Shown here piece after piece: positions 56,101-64,000 of a DNA stretch of 64,000 bases. The translations under genes were made by a program, and so were the position numbers. This stretch comes from Eledone cirrhosa (Eukaryota). Each line of letters opens with the position of its first letter. The stretch's first letter is position 1. Under the pieces are notes generated by a model. That model did no database searches, was not told where the DNA came from, and saw only the letters and a list, made by a program, of their open reading frames with translations. The stretch is from contig OZ024744.1 of NCBI GenBank assembly GCA_964016885.1, forward strand, positions 52,576,001 through 52,640,000. The letters run 5' to 3'.

Positions 56101-56521
56101 CGCCCACTAACACTAAAGAGCGGGACGTTCCAAGAAAGGTCTCCAGACGCCGGAAGAAATCAGGCCGCCCTGCTCCTGTCGGGGCATAGACAGCCACTAG
56201 CCTGAAAGCTTGCCCGTCTCCGCTGGTCACGTCCAGCACCACCAGCTTACCCTCTGGGTCCAGGAAGATGGCCCGTATGGCGAGATCCAAACCTCTCCGA
56301 AAAAGCACAGCAACTCCTCCACCCGATCCAGGACGGCTGGGAGATGCGTACACATCGTAGCCGCCGAAGATCGGTACGAAGGCCCGTGCTTCGGAGATTC
56401 TGGTCTCGCTGATGGCCACTACATCTATGTTTAGTGACCTGAGGTCGTTGAGCAGGTGACCCTGCTTCCATGACGACCCCAAGCCACGCGCATTTATGCT
56501 GCCTGTTCTGAGTGAGGTCAT
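53102..56521 (-). CDS. Tx1/L1 ORF2p: APE endonuclease + reverse transcriptase + C-terminal CCHC (1139 aa, intact)
   Basis: APE motifs GSINARG, VAISET, VYAP, GDWN, LDRV, TDH. RT motifs KSPGLDG, FRPITLLN, DQSKAFD, QGCPLS, YADD. CPRC..ETVLHALVQC. Confidence 0.96.
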   Translation of the reverse strand: MTSLRTGSINARGLGSSWKQGHLLNDLRSLNIDVVAISETRISEARAFVPIFGGYDVYASPSRPGSGGGVAVLFRRGLDLAIRAIFLDPEGKLVVLDVTSGDGQAFRLVAVYAPTGAGRPDFFRRLETFLGTSRSLVLVGDWNGILDARWDCVGLADRGGGCKSLTNLLRRFELSDRYRLDFPNVPMWTWTNRIGSSRSYLDRVFCREIDRSSIGCPQFKIVSYTDHKFVICVLDLDRLHRRGPGYWKLNASLPARKAYRDRISELVKRALTGAIVNNKWWFALKRAIRIESIRFSKALAIEKNRAEGELVRKLDEALSKGIATDVLAAKLALDQFFNAKHEGCVVRARVRALRHEGTKAVQWARVAEARRGNKATIRSLVDHDGRMLLDPGQMCEAFQRHFAQLFGGSGGPGRGMDFSVYLDGLPRLSATEARCCEKPITAAEVREAMTGCTRGKSPGLDGLPYELYVQMPDLFGGLLADVYCNWQQNGRIPSSVSRGAVALLRKDPNKGDNIDNFRPITLLNTEFKILAKVLAKRLALVVGGLVGEAQTCAIPDRSIHDNLHLMRYIVERVAREPGTGGSLINLDQSKAFDRVDHRYLAAVLRAAGFGPVFRGWIAAMHSDICSVVRVNGHLSEPFNIMRSVRQGCPLSSLLYVLTLEPLLHKLETLRGVPRELGCGRSVSAYADDVTVVVSNAKHIEAIGTTLREYEAVTGAMINQEKSVGLQLGTWRGRSMPSNSVVGRWTDGPVKLLGVWFGPDLQTDKNWDEVTSRVASLTQKWAERKLSLKGRAEVANAYIASVICYRLTVVPCPKPRLTALERLLFRFLWKGRAPMVRRSICCQHPLRGGLGMPWLMMRRHALRLRHLHLFLDGDQVWSPFARRVFPQLVSLTELQSWVKRRPRGSAWRLECLQALTALGQSGNVIGGNSTSAFYRGLVEGKSDDVLGETLGVDENQLANLFGRTFGPGPMDNFQKSLAWQCYRGALPVRDKLYRHGGAVSRACPRCAQGDETVLHALVQCPKIADLWVYVEHLLSRLGRIQLSSESIVRIAPPSSFSREGQAVFICLVAMAKEIVWWTRLKGLKTSTYLFGDALIDFFKFHLKRKIRVEKEVLSSQHFVERWVREARMARVNGPTLSIYL

Positions 56522-56556
56522 GTTTAAAATAGAGTGGAAAAGATGGGAAAGACCAC

Positions 56557-58654
56557 TTACCGTACTTTTGGTAGAGGAGGGATGGTTTTTACATCCCTTT
56601 TCACTTGATCGTCTGGTGAAGGGACCGTTGAATCGTCCCTTCGGCTGGTCGTCGGCTCTTCTAAGAGAATGTCTGAGTATACTCTTCGATTGATGGTTCC
56701 TCCTAGGTCCCTGAAATCACCAACTGCGTTGGGGAATTTCGTTTTAATGTTTGTGTATTGTTTCTGTGCTATTTTTAGCAGTCTTATGTTAGTTGGCGTT
56801 TTGATTGGTGCTGGTATTATGTAGTCCTGTTGTGAAATGTCTGTGTGTTCAATTATGTAAGTCATTAGTTTCTTGTTGTGTGTATTTATTGCCGTGCATT
56901 TGTTTTTCTGGGGGTGGGGTGTGGTTCTGCTATTTTCTTGTCGTTGTTGCTGGGTCTGTGTGTTTTGTTGTTGTGTTTGCGATGTTGGTGCTTGTGGTGG
57001 TGGTGTTGAAGGTGTTGTTGGCGGTGGGGTTGTCGCCGGTGGTGATGGTGGTGCTAGTGTGGGTGGTGATGGTGTTGGTGTTGTTGCTGCTGTGGGTCTC
57101 TTTGCAGTAGACTTTACCCTTTTCTCATTTCTTTCCTCCCTTTTCAAAGGCGACGATGCGCTGCTTCTGCGTTTGTGCCTTCTTGCGACCTTTTGCCATC
57201 CCTCTCCCACCTCACACTCCATGTCTGATTCTGTGAGGTCGGGGAGGGGTACCAGCTCCACTCTTTCACTTGTTGTTGTTGGTGATGTTTGCACTGGAGT
57301 CTCTGTTGCAGCTGCATTTGGTATTGCTGTTGTTGTTGTTAATATTTCCACTGCTGCTGCTGTCTTTGATTTCCGTGGAGTGGGTATGGGTGCCACGGAC
57401 CTATCGTTCCTGGTTGCCGCTTGTCCTGTTGCTGGTAGCCGTGGAGCCGGATTCGGAAGGAGGGGGGTTTTCTCCTTTCTCAGGGTCTTCTCGTTGCAGA
57501 AGGCCCTGAGGTGAGTCTTCGATCCACAGCGAAAGCATTTCGGGCGTTTGCCCTCAACACTTATGGGCAGTTGAGTGCCGTTATCGAAGTCTATCACATC
57601 CGGGATAGCTTCGATGCACTCCTGGTTGGTTTGGATTAGCATCTCAATGGAGGAGCCGACCCAATCTTCTCTTACTTTTTTCTGTACTTGCAGTACAGTT
57701 GTTTTGTCCTCGATTCCGACGAGGACAGACGCGGCCAGCCAAGAAGGGGTCATTCCGGGGGGGGACGTGGGTCAGTTTGACCCTCACAATTTTTTGCCCG
57801 CAGTAGGAGGGCACCAACACCATTTCCTCGCTCCTTAGGGTCACTACTGATTGGGCCTTTGCCTCCTGGGGTGTGGCAAAAAGTACGTCTACGGTGGCGT
57901 ATTTTTTGCCTCGGGTGATGTGCGTTTTCCTCTGCCACACAGACCCCAAGGCTTTTTGTATTTGGGCCTCTGTGGCTCTTTCCACCCTACGGGATTTTGT
58001 ACTTACTGTACGGTACGTGACCGTACAGTGCTCTTGGGTTTCGAAAAAATTTTTCGCTGCCTTGCAGATTGCTCGGTGTCCGTTCTTTGTCACCATCTTC
58101 TTCGCTTCCTCTAATTCCTCATTTGTTATGAGGATTGTTTCCAGGTTTTTCGCAATACCTGCAAATGAGATTGGTTTTTCTCTGCTGTTGTTGTTGTCGT
58201 CAGAGCTGCTGGTACTTTTGTTGTTGCTGCAGGTACTACGACTACTGCCTCCGCCGCTGTTGCTGTGGTTGTTGTTGGTGTTGCTGCTGCTAATGCTGTT
58301 GTTGTTTATGCTGCTGGTGATGCTGTTGCGGCTGCTACTGTTGTTTTCATTGTCACTGTTGCTGTTGTTATTACGGCTGCTACTGCTATTATTCCTGACG
58401 TCAGACGAATGAACTGGGTTTTCGTATTTCCCGCACACCTGTTTCGTCGCTGTCGTCGTCGTCGTGGAGAAACCTTGCACGCTTTGCACGAGACTTTTCT
58501 TTTCTTTCGTCGCTTGCGAAAGAGAAGGGAGGGAGAGAGACACATTTAAAGAAGGGAGGGAGAGAGACAATCTTCTCTCTGCTGTAGTGATGATTGAGGA
58601 AGAAGAAGACGGAATGAGTGGGAGTGACGTATGAAATTTCTTTTTCGTAGCCAT
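56557..58654 (-). CDS. Tx1 ORF1p (~698 aa if restored), interrupted by one extra C in a C8 run at 57757-57764
   Basis: ORFs 57644-58654 and 56557-57753 join as ..THVPP-GMTPSWL.. after removing one base. CFRCGSKTHLRAFC knuckle. Asn/Ser- and Pro/Thr-rich linkers. Confidence 0.85.
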
Positions 58655-58700
58655 GTTTTTTGTTTAAAATGAAATTTTGGGTACAAAACCCCAATAACTG

Positions 58701-58728
58701 GTTATTTAACCCCGAAGGGCCAAATAAC
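58701..58728 (-). promoter_or_regulatory. 12-bp hairpin with C(UUCG)G tetraloop in the Tx1 5'UTR
   Basis: Sense sequence GTTATTTGGCCC-TTCG-GGGTTAAATAAC. Confidence 0.65.
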
Positions 58729-58865
58729 GGACACAAAGACCCCTCTCACGAGGAGGAGGGTGTCTTTATCAACAATTTGGTTCAAGTTTTAAACAATTTA
58801 CAATTCTTTTAACGGTTAAAAATTACTATACTTACAGAGCCGAGCCTCCGTCAACCATGGCATTC

Positions 58866-58892
58866 AATAATAATAATAATAATAATAATAAT
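58866..58892 (+). repeat. (AAT)9 spacer between tandem Tx1 copies
   Basis: Direct reading. Confidence 0.97.
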
Positions 58893-59155
58893 GATTTCTT
58901 TATTAACCACAAGGGTTTACATAAAGTAGACATTAAGGACAGTGCAGGACAATGCAGGACGGTACAAATGGGCATTTCTGCGTGTAAAAAAAACAAAAAT
59001 AGAGGATGTAACAAAAATAACAATGAAAATAACAATGAAAAATTCCCCAATAGGGGGGAGACTTCGGAGGGACATTTGTGGAGAAAGCCCAGTAAAAAGC
59101 CACAATGACCCTGACCACCAAGGCAAGTGCCCTCTCCCAGTTTTCCACCTTTAGT

Positions 59156-62100
59156 TTACAGATATATACTCAGAGTCGGCCCATTCACTCGGGCCATTCT
59201 TGCTTCTCTCACCCATCTTTCAACAAAATGCTGGGAAGAGAGCACTTCCTTCTCTACTCTGATTTTCCTTTTCAAATGAAATTTGAAAAAGTCAATCAGA
59301 GCATCACCGAAGAGGTAAGTGCTCGTCTTCAGCCCTTTCAAACGTGTCCACCATACTATCTCTTTCGCCATGGCCACCAGACAGATAAAAACTGCCTGCC
59401 CTTCCCGGCTAAAGGAGGAGGGCGGGGCAATCCTCACGATAGACTCAGATGATAGCTGGATCCGTCCTAAACGCGACAGCAGGTGTTCGACATAAACCCA
59501 CAAGTCAGCAATTTTCGGACACTGGACGAGTGCGTGCAGGACGGTTTCGTCGCCCTGCGCGCATCTCGGACATGCCCGGCTGACGGCACCTCCATGCCTG
59601 TAGAGTTTATCCCGAACTGGCAAGGCTCCTCGGTAGCACTGCCAGGCCAGAGATTTCTGGAAGTTGTCCATAGGCCCTGGCCCGAAAGTTCTTCCGAAGA
59701 GATTGGCTAGTTGATTTTCGTCGACGCCTAGAGTTTCCCCAAGTACGTCGTCGCTCTTCCCCTCCACTAATCCTCTATAGAACGCCGAGGTGGAGTTTCC
59801 ACCGATCACATTGCCCGATTGGTCGAGGGCTGTGAGCGCCTGAAGACATTCCAGTCTCCAGGCGCTCCCTCTCGGTCTTCGCTTGACCCAGGACTGCAGC
59901 TCCGTCAAGGAAACGAGCTGGGGAAAAACGCGTCTAGCAAACGGCGACCACACCTGATCACCGTCGAGGAAGAGGTGGAGATGTCGTAGCCTGAGCGCGT
60001 GCCTGCGCATCATCAGCCACGGCATGCCCAGCCCTCCACGTAGCGGGTGTTGACAACAGATGGACCGCCTGACCATCGGAGCACGTCCCTTCCACAAAAA
60101 GCGAAAGAGCAAACGCTCCAGCGCAGTCAGGCGAGGCTTAGGACAAGGTACGACGGTTAGGCGGTAGCAGATGACAGACGCGATGTACGCGTTAGCCACC
60201 TCCGCTCGACCTTTCAGGGATAGCTTCCTCTCCGCCCATTTCTGGGTGAGAGAAGCCACCCTGCTCGTCACCTCGTCCCAGTTTTTGTCCGTCTGGAGGT
60301 CCGGACCGAACCAGACCCCTAGCAATTTAACCGGTCCGTCCGTCCAGCGCCCGACGACGCTGTTGGACGGCATGGACCTGCCTCTCCAGGTGCCGAGCTG
60401 CAGGCCCACTGACTTTTCCTGGTTGATCATTGCTCCTGTCACCGCTTCGTATTCTCTTAGTGTAGTGCCGATCGCCTCGATGTGTTTGGCGTTCGACACC
60501 ACTACGGTGACATCGTCCGCATATGCTGACACGGATCTTCCGCATCCTAGTTCGCGCGGGACTCCCCTCAACGTCTCCAGTTTGTGCAGTAATGGCTCGA
60601 GAGTCAATACGTACAAGAGGGACGAGAGGGGACATCCTTGGCGGACCGAGCGCATGATGTTGAACGGTTCCGACAGGTGACCGTTCACTCTCACCACAGA
60701 GCAGATGTCGCTGTGCATGGCAGCGATCCAGCCTCTGAAGACGGGCCCAAAGCCAGCCGCCCTCAGGACTGCCGCTAGGTAACGATGGTCGACCCTATCG
60801 AAAGCTTTCGACTGATCTAAATTGATCAAGGACCCACCCGTGCCAGGTTCCCTAGCTACCCTCTCTACGATGTATCGCATGAGGTGGAGGTTGTCGTGGA
60901 TGGATCTGTCGGGAATGGCGCATGTCTGCGCCTCTCCCACCAGACCACCAACGACAAGCGCCAACCTCTTTGCTAGCACCTTGGCCAAAATCTTAAACTC
61001 TGTGTTTAGCAGAGTTATGGGCCGGAAATTGTCTATGTTATCCCCCTTGTTCGGATCCTTTCTCAGCAGTGCCACCGCTCCTCGGCTCACAGAACTGGGA
61101 ATTCTCCCGTTCTGTTGCCAGTTGCAGTAGACGTCCGCCAAGAGGCCTCCGAACAAGTCTGGCATCTGTACGTAAAGTTCATAGGGCAGACCATCCAAAC
61201 CAGGCGATTTACCCCTTGTGCAGCCAGTCATTGCCTCCCTTACTTCAGCGGCTGTTATCGGCTTTTCGCAACACTTCGCCTCAGTGGCCGAGAGCCGCGG
61301 CAGTCCGTCGAGGTAGACACTAAAGTCCATCCCTCTACCCGGCCCCCCGCTGCCCCCGAAACGCTGAGCGAAGTGTCGCTGAAAAGCTTCACACATTTGC
61401 CCGGGATCGAGTAGCATGCGCCCGTCGTGGTCCACCAAAGACCGGATCGTGGCTTTGTTGCCACGACGCGCCTCCGCCACTCGGGCCCATTGAACGGCTT
61501 TCGTCCCCTCGTGTCTGAGAGCACGCACCCTAGCTCTGACAACGCAGCCTTCGTGCTTTGCATTGAAGAATTGGTCAAGGGCCAATTTCGCCGCAAGCAC
61601 GTCGGTCGCAATGCCTTTGCTAAGCGCCTCGTCTAATTTTCTAACTAGTTCTCCCTCTGCTCTATTTTTCTCTATTGCTAAAGCCTTACTAAACCTAATC
61701 GATTCTATTCTAATCGCTCTTTTCAGAGCAAACCACCACTTGTTGTTGACGATGGCCCCCGTCAACGCCCGCTTAACTAGTTCGCTAATCCGGTCTCTGT
61801 AGGCCTTGCGCGCTGGTAAGGACGCGTTTAGCTTCCAGTAGCCGGGTCCTCGTCTATGAAGCCTATCTAAGTCAAGCACACAGATCACGAATTTGTGGTC
61901 CGTGTAGCTGACTATCTTGAATTGTGGACAGCCTATGCTAGACCTATCTATTTCCCTACAAAATACTCTATCTAGATATGATCTGGATGACCCTATGCGA
62001 TTTGTCCAAGTCCACATTGGCACATTCGGGAAATCCAATCGGTACCTGTCAGACAGTTCAAAACGCCTGAGCAGGTTGGTGAGGCTCTTGCACCCTCCAC

Positions 62101-62575
62101 CCCTATCCGCTAATCCCACACAGTCCCAGCGTGCATCTAAGATCCCGTTCCAGTCGCCCACTAACACTAAAGAGCGGGACGTTCCAAGAAAGGTCTCCAG
62201 ACGCCGGAAGAAATCAGGCCGCCCTGCTCCTGTCGGGGCATAGACAGCCACTAGCCTGAAAGCTTGCCCGTCTCCGCTGGTCACGTCCAGCACCACCAGC
62301 TTACCCTCTGGGTCCAGGAAGATGGCCCGTATGGCGAGATCCAAACCTCTCCGAAAAAGCACAGCAACTCCTCCACCCGATCCAGGACGGCTGGGAGATG
62401 CGTACACATCGTAGCCGCCGAAGATCGGTACGAAGGCCCGTGCTTCGGAGATTCTGGTCTCGCTGATGGCCACTACATCTATGTTTAGTGACCTGAGGTC
62501 GTTGAGCAGGTGACCCTGCTTCCATGACGACCCCAAGCCACGCGCATTTATGCTGCCTGTTCTGAGTGAGGTCAT
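59156..62575 (-). CDS. Tx1/L1 ORF2p (APE-RT-CCHC, 1139 aa, intact)
   Basis: Identical to 53102-56521 except for three residues in the supplied translations (L/R, R/K, G/D). Confidence 0.96.
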   Translation of the reverse strand: MTSLRTGSINARGLGSSWKQGHLLNDLRSLNIDVVAISETRISEARAFVPIFGGYDVYASPSRPGSGGGVAVLFRRGLDLAIRAIFLDPEGKLVVLDVTSGDGQAFRLVAVYAPTGAGRPDFFRRLETFLGTSRSLVLVGDWNGILDARWDCVGLADRGGGCKSLTNLLRRFELSDRYRLDFPNVPMWTWTNRIGSSRSYLDRVFCREIDRSSIGCPQFKIVSYTDHKFVICVLDLDRLHRRGPGYWKLNASLPARKAYRDRISELVKRALTGAIVNNKWWFALKRAIRIESIRFSKALAIEKNRAEGELVRKLDEALSKGIATDVLAAKLALDQFFNAKHEGCVVRARVRALRHEGTKAVQWARVAEARRGNKATIRSLVDHDGRMLLDPGQMCEAFQRHFAQRFGGSGGPGRGMDFSVYLDGLPRLSATEAKCCEKPITAAEVREAMTGCTRGKSPGLDGLPYELYVQMPDLFGGLLADVYCNWQQNGRIPSSVSRGAVALLRKDPNKGDNIDNFRPITLLNTEFKILAKVLAKRLALVVGGLVGEAQTCAIPDRSIHDNLHLMRYIVERVAREPGTGGSLINLDQSKAFDRVDHRYLAAVLRAAGFGPVFRGWIAAMHSDICSVVRVNGHLSEPFNIMRSVRQGCPLSSLLYVLTLEPLLHKLETLRGVPRELGCGRSVSAYADDVTVVVSNAKHIEAIGTTLREYEAVTGAMINQEKSVGLQLGTWRGRSMPSNSVVGRWTDGPVKLLGVWFGPDLQTDKNWDEVTSRVASLTQKWAERKLSLKGRAEVANAYIASVICYRLTVVPCPKPRLTALERLLFRFLWKGRAPMVRRSICCQHPLRGGLGMPWLMMRRHALRLRHLHLFLDGDQVWSPFARRVFPQLVSLTELQSWVKRRPRGSAWRLECLQALTALDQSGNVIGGNSTSAFYRGLVEGKSDDVLGETLGVDENQLANLFGRTFGPGPMDNFQKSLAWQCYRGALPVRDKLYRHGGAVSRACPRCAQGDETVLHALVQCPKIADLWVYVEHLLSRLGRIQLSSESIVRIAPPSSFSREGQAVFICLVAMAKEIVWWTRLKGLKTSTYLFGDALIDFFKFHLKRKIRVEKEVLSSQHFVERWVREARMARVNGPTLSIYL

Positions 62576-62610
62576 GTTTAAAATAGAGTGGAAAAGATGG
62601 GAAAGACCAC

Positions 62611-64000
62611 TTACCGTACTTTTGGTAGAGGAGGGATGGTTTTTACATCCCTTTTCACTTGATCGTCTGGTGAAGGGACCGTTGAATCGTCCCTTCGGCT
62701 GGTCGTCGGCTCTTCTAAGAGAATGTCTGAGTATACTCTTCGATTGATGGTTCCTCCTAGGTCCCTGAAATCACCAACTGCGTTGGGGAATTTCGTTTTA
62801 ATGTTTGTGTATTGTTTCTGTGCTATTTTTAGCAGTCTTATGTTAGTTGGCGTTTTGATTGGTGCTGGTATTATGTAGTCCTGTTGTGAAATGTCTGTGT
62901 GTTCAATTATGTAAGTCATTAGTTTCTTGTTGTGTGTATTTATTGCCGTGCATTTGTTTTTCTGGGGGTGGGGTGTGGTTCTGCTATTTTCTTGTCGTTG
63001 TTGCTGGGTCTGTGTGTTTTGTTGTTGTGTTTGCGATGTTGGTGCTTGTGGTGGTGGTGTTGAAGGTGTTGTTGGCGGTGGGGTTGTCGCCGGTGGTGAT
63101 GGTGGTGCTAGTGTGGGTGGTGATGGTGTTGGTGTTGTTGCTGCTGTGGGTCTCTTTGCAGTAGACTTTACCCTTTTCTCATTTCTTTCCTCCCTTTTCA
63201 AAGGCGACGATGCGCTGCTTCTGCGTTTGTGCCTTCTTGCGACCTTTTGCCATCCCTCTCCCACCTCACACTCCATGTCTGATTCTGTGAGGTCGGGGAG
63301 GGGTACCAGCTCCACTCTTTCACTTGTTGTTGTTGGTGATGTTTGCACTGGAGTCTCTGTTGCAGCTGCATTTGGTATTGCTGTTGTTGTTGTTAATATT
63401 TCCACTGCTGCTGCTGTCTTTGATTTCCGTGGAGTGGGTATGGGTGCCACGGACCTATCGTTCCTGGTTGCCGCTTGTCCTGTTGCTGGTAGCCGTGGAG
63501 CCGGATTCGGAAGGAGGGGGGTTTTCTCCTTTCTCAGGGTCTTCTCGTTGCAGAAGGCCCTGAGGTGAGTCTTCGATCCACAGCGAAAGCATTTCGGGCG
63601 TTTGCCCTCAACACTTATGGGCAGTTGAGTGCCGTTATCGAAGTCTATCACATCCGGGATAGCTTCGATGCACTCCTGGTTGGTTTGGATTAGCATCTCA
63701 ATGGAGGAGCCGACCCAATCTTCTCTTACTTTTTTCTGTACTTGCAGTACAGTTGTTTTGTCCTCGATTCCGACGAGGACAGACGCGGCCAGCCAAGAAG
63801 GGGTCATTCCGGGGGGGGACGTGGGTCAGTTTGACCCTCACAATTTTTTGCCCGCAGTAGGAGGGCACCAACACCATTTCCTCGCTCCTTAGGGTCACTA
63901 CTGATTGGGCCTTTGCCTCCTGGGGTGTGGCAAAAAGTACGTCTACGGTGGCGTATTTTTTGCCTCGGGTGATGTGCGTTTTCCTCTGCCACACAGACCC
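62611..64000 (-). CDS. Tx1 ORF1p, partial, same C8 frameshift at 63811-63818
   Basis: ORFs 62611-63807 and 63698-63994 match the first copy. Confidence 0.85.

Larger units (their letters stand above)
52840..58865 (-). mobile_element. Full-length (6026 bp) young L1/Tx1-clade retrotransposon with (ATT)n tail
   Basis: 5'UTR, ORF1, 35-nt spacer, intact ORF2, 3'UTR with AATAAA then (ATT)n. (AAT)n on both sides. Confidence 0.96.
58893..64000 (-). mobile_element. Second tandem copy of the Tx1 element (runs off window end)
   Basis: Offset 6054 bp from the first copy, with only a handful of visible substitutions. Confidence 0.96.

Noticed and set aside
53429-63892. Numerous + strand ORFs overlapping Tx1 ORF1/ORF2
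   Set aside because: Antisense shadows of GC-rich coding sequence. They appear twice only because the element is duplicated.

Overview
AT-rich, repeat-saturated eukaryotic (animal) DNA with no recognisable host protein-coding gene. The SINE and microsatellite content resembles cephalopod (octopus-like) genomes, but that is inference. Both ends of the window (1-10.6 kb and 47-64 kb) are nests of non-LTR retrotransposons inside (AAT)n microsatellites. R4/Dong-clade elements (RT plus restriction-like endonuclease) read with (TAA)n on their sense strand. L1/Tx1-clade elements (zinc-knuckle ORF1, APE-RT ORF2) have the opposite polarity, with (ATT)n tails; they include two near-identical tandem 6 kb copies with intact 1139-aa ORF2s. 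The middle holds SINEs, decayed RTE/CRE/Dong fragments, a minimal hammerhead-like motif, simple repeats and a ~20 kb satellite of a 30-bp unit. The most notable candidate system is an (ATT)n-targeting Tx1 family with a partner tRNA-SINE. They share a covarying YUUGU-loop hairpin, found at the 3' ends and in the LINE 5' UTR. The Tx1 also has a possible 53-nt intron that would fuse ORF1 in frame to ORF2.
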